NCBI GenBank assembly: GCA_037447605.1
Contig: CM074816.1
Span: forward strand, 248,001-312,000
From: Zygnema circumcarinatum SAG 698-1b
Taxonomy: Eukaryota; Plantae; Zygnematophyceae
Length of the DNA stretch: 64,000 nt
Direction of reading: 5' to 3'
The notes beneath the pieces were generated by a model. It was not told where the DNA came from. It was given only the letters and a program-made list of their open reading frames with translations, and did not search any database. Made by a program: the position numbers and the translations under genes. Shown in pieces: positions 22,947 through 33,700 of the stretch (position 1 is its first letter; every line of letters starts with the position of its first letter).

Positions 22947-23877
22947 AAGTTTCCGACGAGTTTGATGTTTGACATCATTTGAAAGTGCCGCTGCAAGCTG
23001 ACTGCTTCATTTTTCCTCCTTTAAGGGTGACACCTGCACGGCGATTGCTACCTACTTCAACGTTTCCTCAATCGTTGGGCCCGGGTCTCCAAATCCAGAC
23101 TTGGACTGCTCGCAGCTGCGGGTGTTCCAGCAGGTACAGCCACTGCACCAGAAATGGTCAGGACAAGCTTGGTCTAGCTATTGATAAGAATATTTGATGT
23201 GAAATAGTACATATTCTGACTATCGGGTCATGCTATCACAAAACTTAAAAATAATTCTCGAAGTATGATTCTGGATTCGTTTGCAGGTCTGCATTCAGAG
23301 GGGAGCCCTTGCCTACGCGGGCCCCTGCACAAAGTCCTATGATGTCCAGACAGATGAATCCTGCTTCTCTATCATAAGAAACCAACTTGCTGGAGATATT
23401 CGGCGATTCTATACTCTCAATCCCGGCGTATATTGTGGCAAGTTGATGCTTTCCACTAGCAGCAGCGCTGTGATTGGCCAGAAGGTACACTTTCGATACA
23501 AAAAAGGGCCTAGTGAAGCGCACGAAGGCGCAGTTTTTTGAAGATCAGGGCTGATAGGGATTGATTGCACTTGAATTTGGCACCATTTGCAAATATTTTT
23601 CGGCTGAATAGAGATATGTAACTCCCCCCAAAGAATATGGAATGAATGTGATATGCTGAAACTACGTCTGGCATGCTTTCTGCAGGTCTGTCTGGAAGCG
23701 AACGATCTTGCATCTGCTGTAGGCTGCAAGGGCAAGACCTATACCTTGCAGAAAGGCGATAGGTGTGCCAGTCTGAAAAGTCGCTTCGCCGGAAGGGAGA
23801 CTTTCAAAAAATTGAATGGTTTCCCATGCACATCGGGAGCGTTGAAGAAGAAGAAGATCATCTGTGTTAGCAAGTAG
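8677..23877 (+). CDS. Mosaic secreted protein: signal peptide, NIDO, Pro-rich linker, LRRNT+LRR, EGF, papain-like (C1A) cysteine protease, 2x EGF, 4x LysM (about 1,239 aa using one LRR cassette)
   Basis: GT-AG exons with compatible phases: 8677-9017, 9743-9789, 10122-10302, 10513-10631, 11007-11138, 12757-12936; then either 13957-14104, 14494-14565, 14869-14940, 15167-15238, 15484-15555 or 16563-16710, 17033-17104, 17399-17470, 17697-17768, 17979-18050; then 18291-18362, 18602-18673, 18909-19243, 19494-19682, 19915-20141, 20398-20535, 20881-21100, 21606-21788, 22098-22241, 22529-22644, 22772-22861, 23026-23133, 23287-23484, 23686-23877. Sum 3720 nt with no internal stop. An N gap at 15691-15700 interrupts the gene. 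Confidence 0.75.
12757..12936 (+). other. Symmetric 180-nt Pro-rich linker exon with (KPPPPRLS)-type repeats
   Basis: ttgcag|AGCC to GAAG|gtatcg; phase 1-1; encodes EPSSTPPPRLSKPPPPRLSKPPPPRLLKPPPP. Confidence 0.7.
13957..15555 (+). other. LRR cassette A: LRRNT exon plus four 72-nt LRR exons
   Basis: AALLEFKRAI..LSDW..CDWNGVDC; SLSGVQLQGTISPSIGSL; DLSNNKFTGSIPDTIGRL; ILSNNELSGSIPLSFGNL; SMSFNNLTGSIPSSFGNL. Confidence 0.9.
16563..18050 (+). other. LRR cassette B: diverged duplicate of cassette A
   Basis: Same five exon sizes (148, 72, 72, 72, 72), intact splice sites, no stops; the introns are clearly diverged from copy A and carry indels. Confidence 0.9.
19494..21100 (+). other. Papain-family (C1A) cysteine protease domain exons
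   Basis: [25 protein letters not shown] (oxyanion Gln, catalytic Cys), LAEQQVLSC..CTSGGWP, VDHSVVVVGY (His), [20 protein letters not shown] (Asn), GICGIN. Confidence 0.95.
22529..23877 (+). other. Four Cys-containing LysM domains ending the mosaic gene
   Basis: YFIVPAGANMSCYDI..NLNC; CSVVYAVNEGDTCTAIA..NPDLDCSQL..VC; CTKSYDVQTDESCFSI..LNPGVYC; CKGKTYTLQKGDRCASL..LNGFPC..ICV-stop. Confidence 0.85.
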
Positions 23878-24269
23878 AGGGGATACAAAGAACGCAAGGC
23901 TATATTGGAGATACTGCGTATTTATTTCGTCTGCAATATAGGGAAATGGGGCAATACAACCAATTGACAGCCAATTGGATAGTTTCGCGAGCATTTTGTC
24001 TGATTAAGTCGGCTTTACATTGCTCCCAGATTGCACATCCGTTTCAGGACTTTAGAATGAGAAGTTGCGAACTTATTGTCTGACGACTTGATGAAGTAAG
24101 GCCGTTAAGGCTTTAGTAAGGTCTTGAAACCAGCATTCTAAAAGGGGGAGGAGAATGGTTCAAATGCAGCCAACCGGTTGACACTTGAAGTGGTTCCCCA
24201 TCCTGATTTTCCGACTCACCAGTGTGAGTAAGAAAGCCTGAAGTAATTTGGTCCCCAAGTTTTATATCG

Positions 24270-24470
24270 AGTCGTATTGAGGACGATAACATCGAATCGT
24301 ATCTACAACAATAATATCGAATCGAGTCATCTACAGTAATATCGAGATGTATATCTAACGATGATATTGAATTATATCCACAACGATAATATCGAGACGA
24401 ATCACCTACGGTACTATCGAATTGTATATACTACGATAATATCGAGTCGTATCGCTTACGATAGTATCGA
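24270..24470. repeat. Degenerate minisatellite of ACGATAATATCGA-like units
   Basis: Repeated gataatatcga/tatcga motifs about 25-30 bp apart. Confidence 0.6.
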
Positions 24471-24922
24471 ATTGAGGCACATCCCGAAGGAAGCCGCGTC
24501 GACTTGAACCGCACTCGATTTCAATGTTTGAAGACTCTTAAAGCAAAGATAGGATTTCCCAAAGAAAAAAAAGCAAATTTTAGGCAAAAAAGGAAAGCAA
24601 ATTTGAGTCATGAAGTCTCGCGAACTTCTCGCAAAGGTGCACACTTTTTGAGGTGCCGCCAACATTGATTTTCGAAGAAAAAAAAAAAATTGCGAACCAA
24701 CAGATTAGAATGACCATATAACCTTAACCTCTGCTGTCAATAGAAGCAGCCAATACCCATCTCTATTAGTTACTACCCCTTGATGTGAAATGTAGGCCAA
24801 AGCGAACACCAATAATTCCCTATAGCTCTGAAACCACGAAATGCATGGAACAGCTAACTATGCACATGTGCAATAAATAGGCACTACAAACTTTGAGAGT
24901 GCCCAAAAAAAANNNNNNNNNN

Positions 24923-27900
24923 GCCTTGTCCTGCCTGTCGAGCACTCTCCCCCCTGCCTCCCCCTCGGGCTTGTACGTTCGCACGTGCGGGGCCCAAAAC
25001 GCAAAGGCCACGGAGAGTGCGAGAATCCACCAGAGGCCCTGCGCGTGACGTCACGCAACAACATGACCATGACATTAGGAACGTTAACAAAAGTAAAACT
25101 CAACAACAAATCATGATTTTTGTAAGAAGCCATTGAATGCTAGTCCTCGTGTAATCCTTTCAATCGATTGGGCAATGAGCACCCCCTCCTAGGTTGACAT
25201 GCTTTTAGGGTTTCAAGCATAGAAGCATGAGCATGCATGGAACGCTGAACAACAAGTTGTTATGCGCACAATAGACCCCACTCATGCGTTGACTATGCGT
25301 TGACTATGCGTTGACCGTGTTGACATGTTCCGACTCAGGGTCGATCCATGGCTGAAAACTGAAAGACGGAGGGCTAAGTTAGTTATAATTGAATTCAATT
25401 TCAGTCAAGTTAGTCATACATGACCAACGAAGTTTAGGTTTCAAGCCAACCTGAAGTAGTAGAACGTTTGACTTCTGCACTTTCTCCAGGGTGCCCTCGC
25501 TGCAAAAACATCCCCAAAATTCCACTATGAATGACTTCATCCATAGAAAAACCTTTGCATCATCAAGTGCAGTATGAATAAAAAGAAAGTAAAGTGCCGG
25601 AAGGGATAAAGGAAACAAAGTAAAAGATATACGGGACACAAAAAACAAACGAGTGAGCAGGCCATGCAGGTCCATCCATGCCTAGGCAAGTCAAGTCAAG
25701 TCAAGTCAAGTCAAGTCAAGTCAAGTCAAGTCAGGTCAAGTCAGGTCAAGTCAGGTCAAGTCAAGACAAGTCAACTTACACCGACTTCACTGCGAGAGAA
25801 GCTGTCCGACAACGCCGCTTTATCGTCTCAAGTCTGTCCAAAGTCAGCTGCGCATTTGGATCGGTCTCATCCACCTACAGAGAGGGAGGGGAGGGAGGGA
25901 GGGGGAGAGAGAGAGCAGGGAGGGATGGAGTGAGAGAGGAGGAAGGCTTGCTGGAGAGAAAGGAAAAAGCACTGTGATGGGGTGGCGGAACCAACAAACA
26001 CAGTAGAGAGGGAGAATGCAGAAAGTGGTGAAAAGAGTGCGAGACTTTAAGAAAGGCAATCAAAGATAGGGAGAGGGAAGAATGGCGAAGAAAGTGTAAG
26101 ACGGAAAGGAAGAAAAGGAAACGAAAAACAGCAACATGAGGGAAATTTGAATCCATCCGTCCATAGATTGCTCTTCCAGACTTAAAGAAATGAGGGGGAA
26201 GGAGGAGGGTCAAATCCGCACCTTTGCGGCCATCATCGCGGCGAAGTCGTTGAAAGCTGAGTACACGTCATCCATGCGCTTCGTCCTGTCGATGTACCAT
26301 GCGGTTTGACCTGCAAGGGGAGGGAGGGGAGGGTGGGGAGGGAGGGGAGGGAGGGAGGGAGGGGAGGGAGGGGAGGGTGGGGTGAGGGAGGGAGGGGAGG
26401 GAGGGGAGTGGGAGGGGAGGGTGGGGAGGGAGGGGAGGGAGGGAGGAGGGAGGGAGGGGAGGGTGGGGAGGGAGGAGGGAGGGAGGGAGGGAGGGAGGGG
26501 AGGGTGGGGGAGGGAGGAGGAGGAGGGAGGGAGGAGGAGGGTGGGGAGGGAGGGGAGGGAGGGGAGGGAGGGGAGGGAGGGGAGGGTGGGGAGGGAGGGG
26601 AGGGAGGGGAGGGAGGGGAGGGTGGGAGGGTGGGGAGGAGGGAGGGAGGGAGGGAGGGGAGGGAGGGAGGGTGGGGGGAGGGAGGGAGGGAGGGAGGGAG
26701 GGGAGAGGGAGGGTGGGGAGGGAGGGAGGGAGGGAGGGAGGGGAGGAGGGAGGGAGGGGAGTGGGAGGGGAGGGAGGGAGGGTGGGGAGGGAGGGGAGGG
26801 AGGGGAGGAGGGAGGGAGGGGAGGGTGGGGAGGAGGGGAGGAGGGAGGGAGGGAGGGAGGGAGGGTGGGGGGAGGAGGAGGAGGGGAGGGAGGGGAGGGA
26901 GGAGGGAGGGAGGGAGGGAGGGAGGGGAGGGTGGGGAGGAGGAGGGAGGGGAGGGAGGAGGAGGGGAGGGTGGGGAGGGAGGGGAGGAGGGAGGGAGGGG
27001 AGGGAGGGGAGGAGGGAGGAGGAGGGAGGGGAGGGAGAGGGAGGGAGGGGAGGGAGGGAGGAGGGAGGGAGGGGAGGTGGGAGGGGAGGAGGGAGGGAGG
27101 GGAGGGAGGGAGGAGGGAGGGAGGGAGGGAGGGGAGGGAGGGGAGGGAGGGGAGGGAGGGAGGGAGGGAGGGAGGGGAGGGAGGGGAGGGAGGGAGGGAA
27201 AGGGAGGGGAGGGAGGGAGGGGAGGAGGGAGGAGGGAGGGAGGGGAGGGAGGAGGGAGGGAGGAGGGAGGGAGGGGAGGGAGGGGAGGGAGGGAGGAGGG
27301 AGAGAGGGAGGAAGAGAGGGAGAACAGTTAGGAACGATCCATGGCGAATTTATCATTGCATCGCAGGTACGCGAGCAAGGGTGTTGGAGTTACCTCTCCG
27401 CATTTTGACGACTCCGCGGAAGACCTCCTCGTTGTTGTAGCAGAGGGCCAAAGTGCCCACGGCCATCACCTGCACCCACCCGCAATAGAGAGACACCACA
27501 TTATTTAAACCATTTTTCTTTTTCTCAAATGTCATTTTTACTTTGTGTTTTTTCCATTTTTGGTCCCGTTCCAATTCCCTGCACCGTTGCTCCCTTTCAT
27601 TTCGATCCCTCGAAGCAGTTCTGAGTTCCACGCCACATTCTCTTCTCATAACAAAATCTCATTCTTTTCTTGCAACAGAGACAAGCACAAATCGATTTTT
27701 TCTTTTTCTCTCAACCCCCCTTTTTGTTTTGTTTTTTTTTTTTTTTAAATCAACCTCTCGTCGTTTCCTCTCTGACTATATATATATGTCCTCCTCACTT
27801 GCGGAATGGCACAAAATCGAAAAACAGCATTATTTTTCAGCTTGGCCATGTATGTGAGGCTGTCGTCAGCATGACGTAGGGCGTCTGTCACGAGCGCGTT

Positions 27901-30697
27901 CAAACAGCTCACGGCGGCACGTGCCTCTCCGGGCGGGGGAGATTTGAAGTCCTGGAAACCACGAGGAAGGGAGGGGGGGAGGGAGGGCTCAGAGGATGGG
28001 GTTTAGGGTAAAAGTTTAGGGTCAGGGGTTTCGGATTTCTGGTTTGCGGTGTCAAATTTGGGGTGTAAGATTGATGTTTAGGGTTTAGGGTTGATAAGAT
28101 GAACCCATCGGCCTGACAAACGTTGGAAACCTTCAAAACCCTAACATGTACGGAAACCCAATCTAAACCCTTGAAACCCTAGATTTTCTTTTTTGGAAGA
28201 CAAAACCATTCGTTGCAGCCTACCCCTCCCTTTAACATGGCACAAGAAGGGTCCAATGGCATACCTCCAGCTTGGACGCATACTTGCCCCAAATTTCCTT
28301 TGGCCAAAACATTCGCGGGGCGGGCTCTTCGGTGATATCCTCCAAATAGTCGCGAATTATGTTTGTTTTCTGCCCCCCTCTCACAACACCATTAGATTGC
28401 AACTACAAATTTCTATAAATTGCTATGAGTTGCTATAAATTGTTAAGAATTGCTATGCTAAAAGATAATTTTACCTGCAAAAAGAGCCCCATTGAATTCG
28501 AGAGAGTTTCCGACGCCGTCTCCTCCAATCCCGAGGCCGCAAAAAGATCCGAGAGGCCGAGACCGACCAATCCCGCGACGTAGTGACAATACTCGTCGTA
28601 GTCTTCTACTGTTTCAACCTGCCCGGAACATCGGGCAAAGAAAAAAACAGAAGGAAAACTCATTTTCTATCTCTCTGTCGTCTCCTACTTTGGCTAAACT
28701 GACCCTCTCCGTTCCCCCTGTCTCCCTCTCTCTCTCTCTCTCCCTACGCATCCTCTCCCTCTTTGGTTCAACTGAACCTCTCCCTTCAACCCCCTTCCCT
28801 CTCTCTCTCTCCCTCTATCTCTCTATCTCTCTCTCTATATCTCTCTCTCGCTCCCTCCACATCCTCTCCCGCTTTGGCTCAACTGGCCCTCTCCCTTCCC
28901 CNNNNNNNNNNGAGGGAGGGGAGGGAGGGGAGGGAGGGGAGGGAGGGAGAGAGGGAGGAAGAGAGGGAGAACAGTTAGGAACGATCCATGGCGAATTTAT
29001 CATTGCATCGCAGGTACGCGAGCAAGGGTGTTGGAGTTACCTCTCCGCATTTTGACGACTCCGCGGAAGACCTCCTCGTTGTTGTAGCAGAGGGCCAAAG
29101 TGCCCACGGCCATCACCTGCACCCACCCGCAATAGAGAGACACCACATTATTTAAACCATTTTTCTTTTTCTCAAATGTCATTTTTACTTTGTGTTTTTT
29201 CCATTTTTGGTCCCGTTCCAATTCCCTGCACCGTTGCTCCCTTTCATTTCGATCCCTCGAAGCAGTTCTGAGTTCCACGCCACATTTCTCATAACAAAAT
29301 CTCATTCTTTTCTTGCAACAGAGACAAGCACAAATCGATTTTTTCTTTTTCTCTCAACCCCCCTTTTTGTTTTGTTTTTTTTTTTTTTTAAATCAACCTC
29401 TCGTCGTTTCCTCTCTGACTATATATATATGTCCTCCTCACTTGCGGAATGGCACAAAATCGAAAAACAGCATTATTTTTCAGCTTGGCCATGTATGTGA
29501 GGCTGTCGTCAGCATGACGTAGGGCGTCTGTCACGAGCGCGTTCAAACAGCTCACGGCGGCACGTGCCTCTCCGGGCGGGGGAGATTTGAAGTCCTGGAA
29601 ACCACGAGGAAGGGAGGGGGGGAGGGAGGGCTCAGAGGATGGGGTTTAGGGTAAAAGTTTAGGGTCAGGGGTTTCGGATTTCTGGTTTGCGGTGTCAAAT
29701 TTGGGGTGTAAGATTGATGTTTAGGGTTTAGGGTTGATAAGATGAACCCATCGGCCTGACAAACGTTGGAAACCTTCAAAACCCTAACATGTACGGAAAC
29801 CCAATCTAAACCCTTGAAACCCTAGATTTTCTTTTTTGGAAGACAAAACCATTCGTTGCAGCCTACCCCTCCCTTTAACATGGCACAAGAAGGGTCCAAT
29901 GGCATACCTCCAGCTTGGACGCATACTTGCCCCAAATTTCCTTTGGCCAAAACATTCGCGGGGCGGGCTCTTCGGTGATATCCTCCAAATAGTCGCGAAT
30001 TATGTTTGTTTTCTGCCCCCCTCTCACAACACCATTAGATTGCAACTACAAATTTCTATAAATTGCTATGAGTTGCTATAAATTGTTAAGAATTGCTATG
30101 CTAAAAGATAATTTTACCTGCAAAAAGAGCCCCATTGAATTCGAGAGAGTTTCCGACGCCGTCTCCTCCAATCCCGAGGCCGCAAAAAGATCCGAGAGGC
30201 CGAGACCGACCAATCCCGCGACGTAGTGACAATACTCGTCGTAGTCTTCTACTGTTTCAACCTGCCCGGAACATCGGGCAAAGAAAAAAACAGAAGGAAA
30301 ACTCATTTTCTATCTCTCTGTCGTCTCCTACTTTGGCTAAACTGACCCTCTCCGTTCCCCCTGTCTCCCTCTCTCTCTCTCTCTCCCTACGCATCCTCTC
30401 CCTCTTTGGTTCAACTGAACCTCTCCCTTCAACCCCCTTCCCTCTCTCTCTCTCCCTCTATCTCTCTATCTCTCTCTCTATATCTCTCTCTCGCTCCCTC
30501 CACATCCTCTCCCGCTTTGGCTCAACTGGCCCTCTCCCTTCCCCCTCTTCGCCCTCTCACCCTCTCTACTCATCCTCTCCCTCTTTGGCTCAACTGACCC
30601 TCTCCCTCCCCCCCACTCTCACTCTCTCTCTCTCTCTCTCTCCCTCCACGTCCTCTCCCTCTTTGGCTCAACTGGCCCTCTCTCTACCCCCTCCTTC

Positions 30698-30736
<39 letters not shown>

Positions 30737-33700
30737 ACATCCGCTCCCACTTTGGCTCAACTGGCCCTTTTACGTCCACCCCCTCTCCTTCTCTCTCTCC
30801 CTGTCCTTACATGCTCTCCCTCTTTGGCTCAACTGGCTCTCTCCCTTCCCCCCCCTCTCCCTCTCTCTCTCTCTCTACACATCCTCTCCCTCTTTGGCTC
30901 AACTGACCCTCTCCCTCCCCCTCCTCTCTCACTCTCTCTCTACACATCCTCTCCCTCTTTGGCTCAAACTCTCCCTCCCTTTCCTTCCGTCCCGCACACG
31001 TCAACAGGCTCTAAAAACTGAACAGTAGACACATGAATCTCTCGTAGGAAACCAGGAAAGAGATTTTTTTTTCCTTTTTAAACATAACCCCTGTAATTGA
31101 ATACAAACGGAAGCATCATTTTCTTGTAATCGGGGCCATATGGGGTATACCTCCTTCACAATGAATTTGGCCATCCCTTCTCCCATTTTCCTCGTGATTT
31201 CCTCGATCACTTTTTTATATCTAAGAAAAAGAAAGAAACAGAAATGGAGAGTGAGGTGTTCTGATTTATGAATGATCCAATAAATTGATGCAATAAAATA
31301 AAATAAACTGCAAGATCAGTTAATGCGAGAAATCGCCTTTCCTTGCTCGCTCTCTGTCTCCATCGTACTCTCTCTCTGTCCCTCTCTCTCTGTGTGTCCC
31401 TTTCTCTCTCTGTCTCTCTCTTTTCTTGTCTCTATGTCTCCCTCTCTCTCTCTCTCTGCCTTTCTCGTTTTCTCTCTCTTTGAAGTACTCCAATTCACAT
31501 TCCCAGCGTATAAAGTTACTGAGATTTTTGATTTGGAACATTCCATGTTTTGGGATTAGAACTTACTCCGGCTTCAGAGCAAGAAATGAGTTTGACACGT
31601 GTTGGAATTCCATCATAAGCCGTTTGTAATCCTTTGTTCCGCCTGCCAATAAATAAATAAATAAACTTAATAAACTCGAACCTTTAGAAAATTGACGTTT
31701 GCTGAAAATAAAGGCCTAAAAAATGATTGGAATGTGAGCAAAACTGAGCAGAACAACGGCTGCGGAATGCTCTTTAGCAAATTAGAAAGGGAATGAGCGC
31801 TCTTCACGGAATGCGCATTGTGGAGACTCCAAACTGACTGAAGGGAGGGGGGAGGGGGGAGGGAGGAGGGGGGAGGGGGGAGGGAGGAGGAGAGGGGGAG
31901 GGGGAGGAGGAGGGAGGAGGACATGAGGAGAGGGGGAGGGGGGGAGGGAGGAGGGGGGAGGGGGGAGGGAGGAGGGGAGAGGGGGAGGGGAGGAGGAGGG
32001 GGGAGGGGAGGGGAGAGCAGGGGGGGAGGGGGAGGGGGAGGGAGGAGGGAGGAGGGAGGAGGGGGAGGGGGGGAGGGAGGAGGGGGGAGGGGGGGAGGGA
32101 GGAGGAGAGGGGTGAGGGGGAGGAGGAGGGGAGGTGGGAGGGAGGAGGGGAGAGGGGGAGTGGGGAGGGGAGGAGGGGGAGGTGGAGGAGGAGGGGAGAG
32201 GGGGAGGGGGGAGGGAGGAGGGGGAGGGGAGGGAGGAGGAGAGGGGAGGGGAGGAGGAGGGGGAGGGGGGGAGGGGGAGGAGGAGGGGGGAGGGGAGGGA
32301 GGAGGGGGAGGGGGAGGGAGGAGGGGAGAGGGGGGGGGAGGGGGAGGGAGGAGGGGGGAGGGGGAGGGAGGAGGGGAGGGAGGAGGGGTGAGGGGGGGAG
32401 GGGGGAGGGAGAGGGGGAGGAGAGGGGGAGGGGAGGGGGGGAGGCGGGGAGGGGGTGGAGGGGGAGGGAGGAGGGGTGAGGGAGGGAAGAGGGGGAGGGG
32501 AGGCAGCAGGTGGGAGGGGGGGAGTGGTGGGAGGGAGGAGGGGAGGGCTGTGGAGTGGAAGAGGGGGAGGGGGGGAGGGAGGAGGGTGGAGGGGGAGGAG
32601 GAGGAGGAGGTATGGGGGAGGAGGAGGGGAGAGGTGGGGGGTGGAGGGGGAGGGGAGAGGTGGGGGTGAGGGGGAGGGGGAGGGAGAGGGGGGGAGGTGG
32701 GGAGGGAGGAGGGGGGGAGGCAGGAGGGTAAGGAGGAGGGAGGAGGAGGGGAGTGGAGGAGGGAGGGGTGATGGCAGGAGGGGTGAGGGGGAGGGGTATG
32801 GGAGGAGGGGGAGGGGGGAGGGAGGAGGGGAGAGGAGGGGTGGGGAGTGGGAGGAGGGGTGGGAGGGGAGAGGGGAGGGAGGAGGGGAGGGGAGGGGAGG
32901 GGGGGGTGGGAGGGGATAGGAGTGGAGGGGGAGAGGAAGAGGGGTGTGAGGGGGGAGGGAGCAGGAGTGGAGGAGAGGGGAGGGGAGAGGGGGAGGGAGG
33001 AGGGGGAGTGCAGGAGGGGAGGAGAGTGGGGAGAGGAAGAGGGGGAGGGGGGAGGGAGAGGGGGAGGGGGAGGGGAGGCGGGAGGAGGGGCAGGGGAGGG
33101 GGAGGGAAGAGGGGGGAGGTGGAGGGAGGAGGGGGAGGGGAGGGGGAGGGAGGAGGGGGAGGGGAGGGAGGAGGGGAGGGGAGGGGGAGGGAGGAGGGGA
33201 GGGGGAGGGGAGGGGAGAGGGGGAGGGGGGGGTGGAGGGAGGAGGGGATGTGAGCAGAGGATGAGTGTGTGGGGAGAGGAGGAGGGGGGAGGGAGAAGGA
33301 GGGGGGAGGGGTGAGTGGGGAGGGGGAGGGGAGGGGGGGAGGTGGGGGGGAGGGAGGAGGGGAGGGGGAGGGAAGAGGGGGAGGGGAGGGGAGGGGGAGG
33401 GGAGGGGGAAGGGAGGAGGGGGGAGGGGGAGGAAGGGGGAAGGGGGAGGGAGGAGGAGGGAGGGGGGGAGGGAGGAGGGGAGGGGGAGGGAGGAGGGGGA
33501 GGGGGGAGGGGAGGAGGGGGAGGGGAGGGGGGGGGGGGGAGGGGGAGGAGGAGGGGGAGGGGAGGAGGGGGAGGGGAGAGGGGGAGGAGGGGAGGGAAGA
33601 GAGAGGAGAAGGGGGAGGAGAAGGGGAGGGAGAAGGGAGGGGAGGGGAGGAAGGGGAGGGGGAGGGGAGGGAGGGGGAGGGGAGGGGGAGGGGGGAGGGG

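Noticed and set aside
27290-30541. Tandem duplication of four SQS exons (about 1.64-kb unit) across the N gap at 28902-28911
   Set aside because: The copies are essentially identical including introns, both ends lie in low-complexity tracts at a gap, and serial splicing would frameshift. Most likely an unmerged contig overlap.
30324-30970. Repeat-spacer pattern resembling a CRISPR array
   Set aside because: The spacers are CT microsatellite rather than unique sequence, the repeats are degenerate, the context is a eukaryotic intron and there are no cas genes.
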